64,000 nt of DNA from Malacoraja senta (lineage: Eukaryota), in assembly GCA_038087875.1 (NCBI GenBank), contig CM075989.1:16804001-16868000 (forward strand), read 5' to 3'. The notes under the pieces were generated by a model. It was not told the DNA's origin. It ran no database searches and saw only the letters and a program-made list of their open reading frames with translations. The position numbers and the translations under genes were made by a program. Below are positions 23,321 to 37,326 of the stretch, one piece after another (the stretch's first letter is position 1; each line of letters begins with the position of its first letter).

Positions 23321-26300
23321 TGTGAATTATTCCAATAACTGGTTCACTTGCTTTAGCAACTGTGATGAAAATGTGGCTTCATAAAAACCAGCAAAGAAAG
23401 TATGTTTTCAAATGGTAATTTATGGTTTACAGCTTTTTGTCTTTTTTTAAGGTGCTCTTGCTGGTATTGTGCAGTGTGCTTCTAGCCTTTTCATTAAATA
23501 TTTAACTAGGTTATATATTCACCAAAACAGACGTTGGTCAATATAATCTTTGGATGGTTCCAGAAACGAACTAACTAAAATCTGTATGTGTTTGCATCAT
23601 CAATTTTACCTCATTGTTCCAATAACAAAGTATTATTGTATTTAAATCTACTAATTCTGACCATATTTACAATGCTCATTGATCATACAAGTGCAGCTTG
23701 TAACTATTCCCTTTAAGGACCAACACTCTGATTCTGTTTTATTGTTTGCCACGTTGACCATTTGAACGTGATGCAAAATTGACTAACTCTATGCTGTGAT
23801 GTTTGCTGAAGCTAAGAATGCACTTCAAACAATGACACAGCAAAACAGGTTACTGACTGCGATTGTGATTGTTAGCATTTAAAACTGCTATAAGGCCGTG
23901 CATAGAGTAGACGCAAAGTTAATTAGATTATATATCTGAGAGATAAAAGGGCTAAATGTGTACTTCTTTTAAGCTTTACTTCTTTACTTCTTTTCAAGCC
24001 TGAAGTGAAACAATGGCAAACTTTGTTTGTGAAATCCCAAAATGGTGATGTTTACATCTTGGGTCCAATGGAAGCTGTTCCAAGGCCATTCAGCTGAAAA
24101 TTTAACTTCTTCTTTCCCAGTTCAAATCCAATGTAATCCCAGCATTTTGTATTCTACATTTATTTCTTGGAAGCACATTTCTCCAGCTTGCGGAATATCA
24201 GCTGAAATAGGAAATATTTACGCTTGGTGTCAATTTAATGGTTCATTTTTGCTTAGCACCACTCAAATACCATCTGTGCATTATATACCGCATTTGGTAT
24301 TGGATTGCTGTCTGATTTACCATAAAATATAGCCCAACTTTGCTCTCGAGGATAAAATAAACCTATACAATTGAGATTGAATGCTCCTGGGTCATTTCAT
24401 GTCACTAAAAATTAGCCAGGCACTTCCTGGCCTGAATCACATTGAACATCTAATATGATTTCAGCTGCAGGCAGGTATAACATGATGCCATTCCCATGCA
24501 CTGCTCCTTTTCATGGGAAGCATTCTCCACATTGAAACACTCACAGTTCCAGCTGTGGACTCGAAGTGGAACTAGCCTAAATAGCTTTGTAATCCCCAAT
24601 TTCCATTTATATTTTTCCAGGTCTAATCTTGCGCTATTGCTCCATTCACATTTCCTTTAATATCTCACAGTCTAAACCCAATCTCTCACTTGTTCCCCAT
24701 TCCCTCTGACATTTAACTTAGCCTAACCCCACTTTGCCACCTGATACTTATGGCTTTCAAAAATTCTCCTCTGCGCAAGGCAGGCAAAAATATAAACAAT
24801 CTCTTGGGGATCTGCAAGGCTCTCCTCTCATTTATAATTAATTGTAAACAATTTGAATGAAAGCAAACAGCCAAGATTGAAATCTGCTGACAAAGCCAAA
24901 TGGGCTTTGAACAGCACATTCTAATCTCCCTCAGTGTTTACTTCATTCTAAACCTCTTTGAACTGTCTTTATGCCATTATAATAAGGATACCAATAATAT
25001 AAACAGTACTCTAGATGCGATCTTACCAGTGCCCAGAACAGTTGCACAGGACTTCTTTACTTTTATAGTTCACCTGCTTTGCCATAAAGGTCAATGTTCC
25101 ATTTGTGTTTGTAATTATTTGCTGCACCCACATGTTACCATGTTAATACGATGACGGCCAGATCAGTCTTAATCACAGCCTTCTGCAGTCTCTCCATTTG
25201 TTCAATATTCTGCTTTTCTATTCTTGCTGTGAAAGTGAAATAACTTCTAAACCCTAACTGGCAACGTTACTATTTATGACCTCAATCGAACAACACCTTG
25301 ATAACAATCAGTTCTTGTACTTTCCTGTGATGAGATGCTCAAACGTGTCTCTAGATGAGACAGCTAAAATCTTGTGTCCCTGTGTTTCTAAAGTAATCCC
25401 AACCATCTTAATTTTCTTATGTCACTAAATGACCTGCATATCAACATCTGCTTTCAACAATTTTGACCTCTTTAAATGTTTCATTTATCTGGTCTTGTGT
25501 GCTAAATTGTTATCTCATATTTACCCAATGTGTCCAATCTGCCTAATTGTCCTATTAGGATTCTTTCTATAGTCTTTTCCAATCCACCTAATAATTTGAA
25601 GTGCCACTGATCTGGTTTTGTCAGAAAATTTCAGTATTGATCTCTTGCTTCTAAAATCCAAATTGTTTATGTTGGATTATAAATGAGTTTATAATTACAG
25701 GAATCCCCTTGAGAATGTCTTTATTCTTTGCCTTCTGTAAGGGAAATGCAGTGCCTCACACACATTTGGTTACCACATTTGCGTTACCTAATGACTTGCA
25801 TAATACTGGGTGTATTTTTGAATTCTTTGTTTTAAATGAAAGCACTGCCTTTCAAATTACTTAAGTCAAACATAATTTTCAAATTGTGGCTTAGAACTAA
25901 TGTAGAAACATTTTAATTTATTTTATAAGAATACTTAAGAGTTACGTCATAACAACAAGCCTCTCTATAGATTCCCTCTTTTACAATTTTGCCATAGCAT
26001 CTTTTTATTTTTATCTTCTAAATAAGTGAAATCTTGTTGCGTTTCCTGAACGTGTTTGATATGCAGACTGGTTTCTGTTAAATATGAATCTTTCTGTAAA
26101 CTATTTCCTTGTCAGCACGTCTCAATTGATAACATTCTCACCTGTCACTCGGAAGATAGTAGATTCAAATTAAATTTTGTCCCACTTGAGGACACAGATT
26201 AATCTAACACTTGGGTAAATCTATCTGTCAGTCAATGCTTCTCCATGTCAAAGTAGAAGTTAGATTGAGGTCCATTATGCCTGGAGGGGTGGGGGGTAAA

Positions 26301-27522
26301 ATATTACCTGGTTTATTTTGAACATGAGCAGAATTGTTCCAATTGTGATAACCAATATTTAACCCTGAATTCATATCTTAAAACAGATTGTACCCACAGT
26401 TTGTTGACATAGTATAATGCTGTCGTGTTGCTGCATAAATGAATTTGATCATTTGATAAATCATTGTATGACTTGTTTATCAATGAATTGCATTGAGTAC
26501 ACTGGGGATATGCTGCACTTGTGTTTGGAAGTGTCTGGACAGACATTTGTCAGCGAATCATTCATCATGGATACAGGTCTTTCAGACCAACTTGTCCACC
26601 AGTGGGCACCTTTCCTTACTAATCCCATCTGCCAGTAAGTGGTCCATGGCCTTCCATGCCTAGTTTTCAGTGCTCATCTAGCCACTTCTTAAATTCTGCC
26701 AGTGACCTAGCTTCAGCTTATTCTCCCAAGCAGCGCATCAACATTACTCAATGCTCTTCTTGACATTTCCACTAATTTCAGTTACATATGCATGGCCCAT
26801 GGGGAAGATGATCTCCACTGCATAAGGTGCCTACCTCTCCGTAACTTACCATTCTGACTGACTGGTCTGACTGCTCTGATGGGTACTTCCAGCATTTGCA
26901 TGGAATCACCCACCACAGAAGCACAGAAGTCGGCTGTTCTCTAGAGTTCAGGAAAATTAGAGGTGATCACATTGAAATGTACAAATTCCTACACCACTTG
27001 ACAGGAAGGATGCACAGGATGATGTCTCCCCTGGCTGAGGTGTTGAGAACAAGGTGCTACAGATTTACAATAAAGCATTGCACATTGATGAGAAAGACTT
27101 CACTCAGTGGATGGTAAATTCTTGGTATTTACTTCTCAAAAGATCATGGGGAAACTCATTTGCTGAGCAGAGATCAGTGAGCTTTTAGTTACGAAGGGAA
27201 TCAAGAGACATGGAGTTTGTGCTGCAATTCAGTGCTGAGGTGAATAAATCACTCAGGATCTTATTGAATGGTGGAGCAGCCACAAGGGCCAAATGGCCGT
27301 TTCCTACTCCTGCTTCCATTTCTGAGTTTCTAATGGGAAAGAATATTCTTAACTCTCTTTGACATTGTGCTACGTTGTCTTATACATCCTTCTGGGAGAG
27401 CGGACACATCCTTAGTTTAATGTGACACCAGAATAATTCCCTGTACATCCAATTGCTAGAACAGATTGTCAATTCAGATTTTTTTTGTGCACATTTCTCG
27501 AATGGATCATGAAACCATTACG

Positions 27523-28080
27523 TGTAAGAAGGAACTGCAGATGCTGGTTCAAACCGAAAATAGACACAAAAAGTTGGAGTAACTCAGCGGGACAGGCAGC
27601 ATCTCTGGAGAGAAAGAATGGGTTTCGTTTCGGGTCGAGACCCTTCATCAGACTGGTTAGGGATAAGGGAAACAAGAGATATACACGGTGATGTGGAGAG
27701 ATAAAGAACAATGAATGAAAGATATGTAAAAAAAGTAACGATGATAAAGGAAATAGGCCATTGTTAGCTGTTTGTTGGGTGAAAATGCAAAGCTAGTGCA
27801 ACTTGGGTGTGGAGGGACAGAGAGAGGAATGCTGGGGCCAATGAGATAAATCAACATTCATACCACTGGGCTGTAAGCTGCCCATGTGAACTATCCTCCA
27901 ATTGGTGTTTAGTCTCACTCTGATACTTGAGGAGACCTAGGACAGAAAGGTCTGTGTAGAAATGGGAAGGAGAATTAAACTGTCCAGCACCCGGGAGATC
28001 AGGTATGTTCAGGCGGGCTGAGCCAAGGTGTCCCGCAAAACGATCGCCCAGTCTGCATTGTTCTCGCCGATGTATAAGAG
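27523..28080 (-). mobile_element. Penelope-like element 3' fragment with terminal repeat
   Basis: ORF 27851-28132: RLGDRFAGHL...QFNSPSHFYTDLSVLGLL. Minus-strand hammerhead-like core CTGATGA-AGGGTCTCGACCC-GAAAC at ~27620-27654. Confidence 0.75.
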
Positions 28081-30941
28081 TTTGAATCGGAGACAAAATT
28101 TTGCTGCAGCAAAGGGAACAATTATCAGGCATGCACTAACCTACAGTGAACTGGAGAGAGTTGTCAGAGGCAGAGCAGACTTAGTGACCAAGTGTTGTAT
28201 CCAGCCTGTGGGTCAATCAATAGAGTAATTGGGTTTTAGTGTGTTAAGTGTATACCATTTAATTTCATATTTAGGCAGACGCATCAGATGTTAAGGCCCA
28301 TTTCTGAAGAAAGGTCTCGACCCGAAACGTCACCCATTCCTTCTGTCCAGAGATGTCCTTCTGTCCAGAGATTCCTTCTGTCCAGAGTTACTCCAGCATT
28401 TTGTGTCTACCTCCAATTTTTAACCATTGGGATCCTTAAGTCTTGTTTATGGTACATTCTTTTCTCCAAATGATATTGTCATAAACAATTGTCTTACATT
28501 TTATAATATAACTTTATTTAATTGTTCATATTTATTTTGCCTCCATTTGGGTACATTAAATCTCCTGCTACTATTGGCGTTGAAAATGCCCAATTTACCC
28601 AGCAGATGGCAGTGCACTACAAATCTTTGCGAGTTGTTCAAAGTGCTGACCTCCATCAAGTGGCCTGCCTTTGCTAATACCTTTACCTCTGCTTCTTTGT
28701 AGAAGTCCTGATGTCGAATGAGTGTAGACCTGCTCTTAAGCTGTTAATTCAAGTTCCATCTGTCGATTTTTGAACTGACCTTTCTTACGCTATGACATTG
28801 AGTTCTGTGATACAGCATAGACTTGTCGTGCTGCATTACTATGAGCTTACTCTAAGCCATTAATGGTGGTGCTGGTTGAATCATTGTAACAATGTTCATA
28901 TCAGTGGATATTGTCAAGAAGATGATGCCATTTTTGAGTTGCACTGGTATGAAAGGGGATTTGTTTATGTTTTGTCTAAATCAAATTGAACCTGCACATG
29001 AGTCAAATGTCAGGGGAATACGATGACTATAGTTACAACACTGGCATCTCCCCAACAGTGTGGAAAACTGCATAATACATAAATTGCTGGATTGCATCTA
29101 AATATGATTAACCACTTCCATCGAGCATCCTTCAGGCTTAAAAAGCTGCTTGAATCAACAATGAATTAAAGGCCAGGCATTTCTTGAATGTTTACTGTGG
29201 AGACCACTTGAGAACTCCTATCTGAAAGCCAGTGAAATCAGCTGACTGGGCTAATGTTATTTGAGTTTTCAAAATAAACAGCATGGTTTCTGTACAACAG
29301 ATTTCAGAGTGTGCGTTGCTGTGAGTGAAGGGGCTTTGGTGAGCACAGGGATGACAGAGTAATGGGGGTCATTTTATAAATTAGAATGATGGCAGGCGAG
29401 ATCAGTCCATGTGTTGTAAGGCCTGCATTACGTGGGGATTTTGGAGACGTTCCTTGCTGTCTGGATGGCCACTTCTGCAGCCAGTGTCATCAGCATGAGC
29501 TCTGGGTGATGGATTCAATGCCTGTTCGAGACACGACAGTGCTGAGAGGTACGTTGGGAGCACTTTTAGAGTTGGCCTCTCTGCAGCTTAAGGAAACACT
29601 GTTAGAAGGGAATGCGTGATCACCAGGGAGAGGAAGAAAAGTAGGCAGGTAGTTGGGAAGTCCCAGAGTACATGTCACTCTGGAAACTCTTCCGATGTTG
29701 GAAAACAGTCGGGATGCATGCTTCTTTGTGGAGTACAACTGAAGCAAAATCGTGGTGAGTGATTCAGCTGCACAAGGGAAAGAACAGGAGGCCCAAGGGC
29801 ATTAATGGTAGGAGACTTGATAGGGATACCTGAAATTTGATATTGACTCGGTAAGGCTGCACTGTTCAGAAGGAAGATGAGGCACTGAACATCTTCAGAG
29901 ATGCTGCCTGTCCCGCTGAGTTACTCCAGCATTTTGTGTTTACCTGAGGCACTGAAGTGTTCAGTCTCCCCATTACTATAGTCCTGAAGCCCCGATGTCC
30001 CATTGTAACACAAAAACAATGGCTATTGTACATTTTTATTTCATCGTATCCATTCCATGCTTTATCCTACCCAACATCTATTCCCACAGCCTGATATTTT
30101 TCAGGGCTGTAGCAATTGATATTTAATATTGTGGTTAATCTTGCGCACACTTTTCAGGATGGATACAGATCTGGTGAGAAGAGGAAAGCTGATGGATATA
30201 GTCTGTTGTTCACAGGTTTTACCTCCTGGAGAAAGTCTATTCATGAATTATGCTGCAAAGAATAATGAGGTCTAAGATAGAGGACTAGTGGCAGCTAGTT
30301 TGTGGATAATCTGCCTCAGTGTTTGACTAAAAGCAAAAACAGCTGGAAATGCTCAGCAGTCAAGGAGCACGATGAAGAGAGAATAGAGTACTAATTTTCA
30401 TTAGAAATGTGTATTTGGCGGGATTTAAGTACCCAATCATTGTAACTCGGCTACGATTGGGTACAAAATGATACCAGAGAGAAAGAAAGAAATAAGGAAC
30501 AGTAAGAGAATATTAATGTGCAGTGAGGAGGCATTGCTCTCATTTTCCTGTAATGCAGGTACCTAATGTGGATTAAAGGGACATAGAATTCATTTAGATA
30601 TTAAGTTTAGGTGCGAAACTGATCCCACATCAGGGAGATGTGGAAAGTGAAATCCATTATTCACTTAAGAGTGTTTGTTTTCCTTCCAGGGGATTGTTGG
30701 GGGAGTGAGACCTGGGGGTCTAGGGTATCAGTGCTGCCTGACCCACTGAGTTACTCCAGGATTTTTGTCTACATCATTTAGTAAGATAATATTTTACCTC
30801 CATGCCACTGTGCTCACTAACCCAATATCTTTGATTGCCTAAATATCTAAAACCCTATTGATCGCTCTATCAAACACACTCAGCATCATCCCAGTTGGTT
30901 GAAAATTTCAATTGTCCCCAAACCACTGGGTAAACCTCGAA

Positions 30942-31575
30942 GCTAATGGCATGTTGGCCTTCATAACAAGAGAGTTGAGTATAGGAGCAAAGAGGTCATT
31001 CTGCAGTTGTATAGGGCCCTGGTGAGACCACACCTGGAGTATTGTGTGCAGTTTTGGTCTCCAAATTTGAGGAAGGACATTCTTGCTATTGAGGGAGTGC
31101 GGCGTAGGTTCATGAGGTTTATCCCCGGGATGGCGAGACTGTCATGTGATGAAAGAATGGAGCGACTGGGATTGGATACACTAGAATTTAGAAGGAACTT
31201 ATTGAAACATATAAAATTATTGAGGGATTGGACACGCTAGAGGCAGGAAACACGTTCCTGATGTTGGGGGAGTCCAGAACCAGGGGCCACAGTTTAAGAA
31301 TAAGGGATAGGCCATTTGGAACGGAGATGAGAAAAATCTTTTTCACCCAGAGATTTGTGAATCTGCGGAATTTGCTGCCTCAGAAGGCAGTGGAGGCCAA
31401 TTTCTGGATGCTTTCAAGAGAGAATTAGATAGAGCTCTTAAAGATAGTGGAGTCAAGGGATATGGGGAGAAGGCAGGAACGGGGTACTGCGGATGATCAG
31501 CCATGATCACAGTGAATGGCGGTGCCTGGCTCAAAGGGCCGAATGGCCTATTTTGCACCTATTGTCTATTGTCTA
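30942..31575 (+). mobile_element. CR1-like LINE 3' fragment
   Basis: LYRALVRPHLEYCVQFWSPNLRKDILAIEGV...ESRTRGHSLRIR...FFTQRFVNL, with a (TATTGTC)n tail. Confidence 0.9.
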
Positions 31576-32461
31576 CTAAAGAGATTTATTCTCATGTCAG
31601 TCCTTAATGGCTAACTCCTTTGTTTGAGACTGTGATCACTGGTTTTAGACATCCCAGCAAAGGATTTGTCTTTATTTCACTGATAACACGTCCCATTATC
31701 TTAGCTCAAAAGTATGGGCCCTAATTTCTCTTCAGTCATCAATCTGCCACCTCAGTATTTAACCTACTGCACCTTTGTTGTGCTCCCTCCTTCACATAAT
31801 GGAAGGACAAACCTGTACAAAATATTTTCGGCATGTTCTCAGTGTTACCCTCTATAATCAGAACATGATGTCTTTACTGTTCTTTATTCTTCTACTCAGA
31901 TCTTCCAATGAAGGCAATGCACCATTTGACTTCCCAGTTGCTACTGAATCTGCTTAATCCCTTAATCTTTAGTGCTTTGTGTACAAGGACACTCTGGTCC
32001 CTCTGAACACCTTTTCATTTCTCGCCATTCACAAAAATACTCTGCTTTTCTATTTTTTGTTCGTCCGAAAGCTCCAAATTCTACTGTTCCCCTGAATCTG
32101 GCTTTCCTTTTCTTCCCCACTTGTATCTCTCTCTCTCTCTCATTATTCCATCTCCCCACTTAACCTTCCCCACCACCTTCTACTTAGCCTCCCCACCTCC
32201 CCCTCTGACCAACTGCTCATTCTCTGCTGGTATACAGTTACTCCTTGGCATAATGCTCACTCCTCGGATAGATATCTGATCTTGTCCTAATCTTTTCATT
32301 ACCTTCCAACCTCAATTTATTGTTGTAAAGTGGAATGCTTTAATCAACATTTAAAAGCCATTCATCATATTGGTGATGTTTTAATTAAAGTCATGTCATT
32401 ATTTGTTTTACTACCAGCTGTGAGAATCAATACACAAAAGTCCAATCACGATGCTTTAGTC

Positions 32462-32467
32462 TTTATT
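32462..32467 (-). terminator. Candidate poly(A) signal of the nested C1q-domain gene
   Basis: TTTATT on + (AATAAA on -) about 770 nt beyond the TAG; another candidate lies near 32316. Confidence 0.3.
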
Positions 32468-33233
32468 GATAAATCTGCAAACAGCGGTAGCTACTGACTA
32501 CATTCTATAAAATACAGCATGCGTGCATTATCTTTGCACCTTTGAAGTTACATTTGCCTTGTTTTGCCAAGCAGGCCATGATTTAATGTGTAGGAAGGAA
32601 CTGCAGATGCTGGTTCAAACTGAAGATTGACACGAAATGCTGGAGCAACTATAGTTATAGGAGAAAGGGAAACGAGAGATATAACGAGCTCTATCTCTCA
32701 TTTCCCTTCCCCTGACTCTTAGTTTAAAGATGGGTCTCGACCGGAAACGTCACCCGTTCCTTCTCTCCAGCGATGCTCCCTTTCCTCGCTGAGTTACTCC
32801 AGCATTTTGTATCTATCTTCAGGCCATGATTTAACTTCCATTCAGACACGGTCTTCAATGATCCGTGCCTTTGGCTCCTCTGCACGGTACTTCATACTTA
32901 GCTTCTAACTCTTTGGCTCTTTTTCAACATTTATCTATGAACTGGATTAATTATTGGAGCACATTCTGCAACAGCCCAAGCAATAAGCATTTTTTTAAAG
33001 CGAAAACACACTTGAAATCATTTGTGATTTCCAGGGACAATCCACTCTCCTTTTTGGTGTCTGGACATGTGAGATTGGTGTGACAAAATCTTTGTCTGTA
33101 AAATTGAGCACGTTATTTTCTGACTACTGAAATGAGTATTCAGTAGGTTGTGCTTGAAACGTTAGCCTCTATCCCACCAAGCTCTTATATTGCAACACCG
33201 AAGATAAGAATGAACCCTGACATTTCACGCTGA

Positions 33234-33631
33234 CTACTTAAACTGACAATATATGAGAAATCCCTTGAAGCTGATCGATCCATCCCGGCTCCAGAGTGTT
33301 CCTTTTTCAAGCAGGACCCACACAGAGTCATACCTTTGGAGTTCCAATATGACATTCTGGACAGTGAGCTGGCTGGTATTTGGTGCCAGCACACTGTGGA
33401 TGTTACTGATTCTTGTGCCATTCTTCATCAGGACCACGTCAGTTTGAACCCCTTGCATTGGCAGAGCAGAAAAACTGAAGAAGTATGTCCCAGCCAAAGG
33501 GCTTGAGAACTTCCCAGTTTTCAAATTGAATGCTCCGGCTTTGTTGGCCCTGACCTTATCATAAATAATGATCTGGTTGGGCACATTCACATGATTGTCT
33601 GTATTACGCTCTGCATCAAAACTCACGTTGC
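33234..33631 (-). CDS. Secreted globular C1q-domain protein, last coding exon (entire gC1q domain)
   Basis: VSFDAERN...IIIYDKVRANKAGAFNLKTGKFSSPLAGTYFFSFS...VVLMKNG...QNVILELQRYDSVWVLL...ISFKGFLIY carries the standard gC1q motifs. Acceptor CTTTCACAG, phase 1; TAG at 33236-33234. Confidence 0.92.
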
Positions 33632-34972
33632 CTGTGAAAGTAAAAATCGTAGATTGATCCTAATGGCAATATGACTACTTTTATTGTCTCTCCTTATTGA
33701 TGATGTAAAGATTAAAGTGTAGAGCACAATCCACCTTGTATATAAGCAAACAAAATTCAAACAATTTGAGGCAATTGACTCTTGGATTGGAAATGGAAAA
33801 GTGCAAATCACATTCTAGAGCATTTAATTATGGGGTTATTCAAAGGGAAAGCAGTTGAATACTGAGAGAAAAATAAAAATGGGCAGCTTTGATAGAGTCA
33901 ATGGCCCGGGCAGCGTTTAGCTGCATTCCTGTAACAGACTACAGAATTGCATTTCAGAACGGCAAAGTTGGAGCTTCCTGAGGAACCAAAGGGTTGAGAG
34001 TAGGTGAATCAGCAAGGGAGAGAAGTGGGCGTACGACAGATGTTGGGTTAATAATACAGGTGAAACCAGGTTGAATACGAAAAGATTAGAGGGGAAAATG
34101 AAAAAGCATATAAAAGATAATACATGGACAGTCAACATAAATTAAGCTTCTATAGAGTAAATTAAGAAAATTCCCCTTGGTTGAAATGTCAGGATCCAGA
34201 AAAAAATATAAACTTCTTTATTGCAGCAATTAGTGATGACCTGAAATGCATTATCCTCGATAACGTGCAGACAGTAAATTTGGTCATGTTTATCAAACAA
34301 GAATTGGAGAACTACTTGAAGGAACAATGTTTCCAAGCACAAGAAAGGAGCCAATGGATCAGTCTATCACAAGTACTCCTCGAAGAATTTGAACTGGATT
34401 GGATGGATTACAGTAAATGTCCTTTTTGTGCTGGAATGAGTTACTTCCAGTTTATGTATCTGGCAGGTTGTTGCAGAGTAAATGTACTCCTAAAAAAGAT
34501 ACAAAGTGCCAGAATAACTTAGTGGATCAGGCAGCATCCCTGGAGAACATGGGTACGTGACATTTTGGGTCGGGACCCTTAGTACTAATTATAGGTTTAT
34601 CATCTGTGGCCTTTGTCCAACTATATGCCAATCAAAACCCCGCCTCGCCTATGTTTACCAATTACTGACCGTGATTTGTCATTCCCCCTCCTCTCTTCCC
34701 GGTTTCCCTCCCTCTCCTCCCACCCCTAAAAAAAGTCAGTTTGAAGAAGAATCCCGACCCTCTGAGTTACTCCAGCACTTTGTGTATTTTTCTATAGACC
34801 AACAACTTGTTTCTAAATCTACCTGGAATTAGTTATGGTGTAATTATTATTATTGACACGAGATTAATATGTTTTATTAACTCATGAATTAACTCATGGT
34901 TGAATTACGTGGCCATCATGGCAACAACAATTCGTTATACCCACAACTTTTTTTTTGCAAAAGAAAACTCAC

Positions 34973-35063
34973 CTCTGCACTGAATATTATCCTTTCTCAT
35001 TTTGGGATTTACCATTTGAGCCTGGTGCAGTGGTTTCACATCCATTTCTTCATCAGGTGTTTT
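34973..35063 (-). CDS. C1q-domain gene coding exon 3 (KTPDEEMDVKPLHQAQMVNPKMRKDNIQCR-G)
   Basis: 91 nt, acceptor ...GGTTCAG, donor AG|GTGAGT. Phase 0 in and phase 1 out, matching both neighbours; no stops. Confidence 0.75.
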
Positions 35064-35788
35064 CTGAACCATTCAAATAATTGGAAGAAAACTCATCAAT
35101 TGTTTAGGCCATTCATTAATAAAGAATCAATCAATCAATCAATTAATTAATTAATCCCTAATAGTGTTTTTTTTGTTGCCAAAAGTCATTTTGGAAGATC
35201 TTAACACTTTAAACCGTACAATGCAAAATTACTTTTGAATCTTTAACACAAGATATATTTGGCTTCTGTGATGGTTTATGTAAAACGTATATTGCAGAGG
35301 AAATAATGTCAACTGGAAGAGACACGACCATGAAGAAATTCAAATAATAGAATGATAACTTAAATGGAAGATGTTTGGGATCCACATTCAATGAACAAGG
35401 ATAGGATTGGTGGGGGAGTTAGAGGGTGAAATAAGATGTATAGATAAAAAGAGAGTGAGAGAGGAAGAAAGAGTAGCAGTAAGGCGCAAAAGGAGAATAA
35501 AGATGTAGAAGGAGGGAAGGAGCATAGGAACAGATGCAAGGCAAGAGAAAGGATGGGAAGAAACAGTAAAAGATCATGAAGCAAACTAATCAGATACAGA
35601 ACGGTGATATCAGAGCAAAGATAAATAATTGGACAATCAAAGAATAACAGGAACAGAGAGATGAAGGGAAAGAGTGCAAAATGAACTGGAATATTGTGAC
35701 CGTAAGGGGGGAAAGGCAGAGAAAGAAATAACTGGTGTAATTCAAATGGAGTATTAGAAAATACATATAATGAATTTTCTATCCTTAC

Positions 35789-35866
35789 CTGAAAATCTTC
35801 CAGATGATCGTCCAAAGTGCTCGATTGATAGATACAGTAAAAGAGGATCAAATACAGCAGGTTTCT
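35789..35866 (-). CDS. C1q-domain gene coding exon 2 (signal peptide: RNLLYLILFYCIYQSSTLDDHLEDFQ)
   Basis: 78 nt, acceptor TTTTATTTTATTTCAG, donor CAG|GTAAGG; a hydrophobic stretch followed by small residues (S-S-T). Confidence 0.75.
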
Positions 35867-35945
35867 CTGAAATAAAATAAAACATCCTTTCACTTGGGCA
35901 AAAAGAACCACATTTGTTAAACATTGCCAATGCAACTTCACATAC

Positions 35946-35948
35946 CAT
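35946..35948 (-). CDS. C1q-domain gene exon 1 coding part (initiator ATG only)
   Basis: ATCAAAATG|GTATGT (A at -3, good donor), then a 79-nt intron to exon 2. Total CDS is 3+78+91+398 = 570 nt, i.e. 189 aa plus stop. Confidence 0.65.
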
Positions 35949-36018
35949 TTTGATCACAGCAGCTTTCTTCTCTCCAACCTCTTGTTCAGCCAATGTGTTT
36001 GATCTTCAGGTCGTTTGG

Positions 36019-36024
36019 TTTATA
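36019..36024 (-). promoter_or_regulatory. TATA box of the nested C1q-domain gene
   Basis: TATAAA on the minus strand ~70 nt upstream of the ATG, implying a start site near 35995. Confidence 0.55.
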
Positions 36025-37326
36025 ACTCCTTCTGTTTCACACATTTGAAGCATCGCCAAATGAGATTTGGTAATATTTTGGTGCTTCCTCCAAATATGTC
36101 GTAAGTCCAGCCTCCAAAGTAGCAAACCCAGAGTCAGTATCATTCTTGCTGATGAATCATCCCTAAATGTTTATGAACATGTTGCTGAGTTTGCCAACTC
36201 GAGGCACTGTCCTGAACAAATCGAGGGCCATACGGGCATCTGAGAAGAATGGTGTTGTTGTCACTTCACACATGCACACACAAAATAATCCTCGCATCTT
36301 CATCCTGAGTCCTAGCTTCCAGTTCTTGGAATCATTTCGTTGGTACTTCTGTAGCTTTTGCTTTTCTGTCCACTTCTGACTTGTTTCTTCTGTTATATCA
36401 CAAACAGAGCCAGGGGTAAACTATTTGGGCTTCAATCCTGCTCCACTATTCATTCAAAATAATGATTGATCTTTCTCATTATGATAATGATTGATCTTTC
36501 TCCTGCATTATGTCAATATCCCTTAATATCCAGAAATCTATTCTCTGAACACAAGTAAGCAACTGCTAAGAAAATAATTAAACAATGAAGTACATTAAAG
36601 TAGATTTCCACAATTTTATTAATAGTAAACTTGATGTTCCCTTGATCTTTATACATTATAATAATGTGTTTCATGAAGTATGACGTACTGTTAAACATCT
36701 TGAGATTATGAAAAGCCCTCTAATTCCAAGATATTTTTCTTGAATACTTTTTTAGCTTCACGTTTTCTAGAACCAATAATATTCTCACATCTTGCTTGCC
36801 TTAGAAAAGCTTGTATTGGCCTGAAATGTGTGCCTTTTCTGTTTTTATTGCAGCTTTACAGTATCTACAGTTTCTTACTTTAAGAATAGAGGACAAGGCT
36901 TTGTTGGATTTTTTATTTAGTTGTGTGGAGCCTCTTCTATACGGTCCCATTAAATGCTTCCAGATCATCATCATGGTGAAAGGAGTCTATTTGAGGGCAA
37001 CAATAAAAACTTCTGTTATTCTTAACTTTAAACAACTTCTGAAATATTTCACAACAGCTTTATTAAACAAGACTTAATATTTATATTACTACCTTAAACT
37101 TCCTATTATTTTGCATTCAGTAAAAGTCACACAGATGTAGTCCAAAAATATTTGATATCAACCCATGCAACAAATGAAAACAGAAAGACAGGGGCTTGCT
37201 TGTTCAAGTTCCTCAGCTGGACACTCTCTTCTGACATGTAGTTTGGTGTGTTTTTTTTAACCTTCATATGGTTATGTACTTGATATTCTTTCTCTTTCAA
37301 CTTAGTATTCATGCTCTTTCAAACAG

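Noticed and set aside
35360..35941. 193-aa hydrophobic minus-strand ORF
   Set aside because: Only 35866-35789 is exonic; the rest is read-through into a pyrimidine-rich intron.
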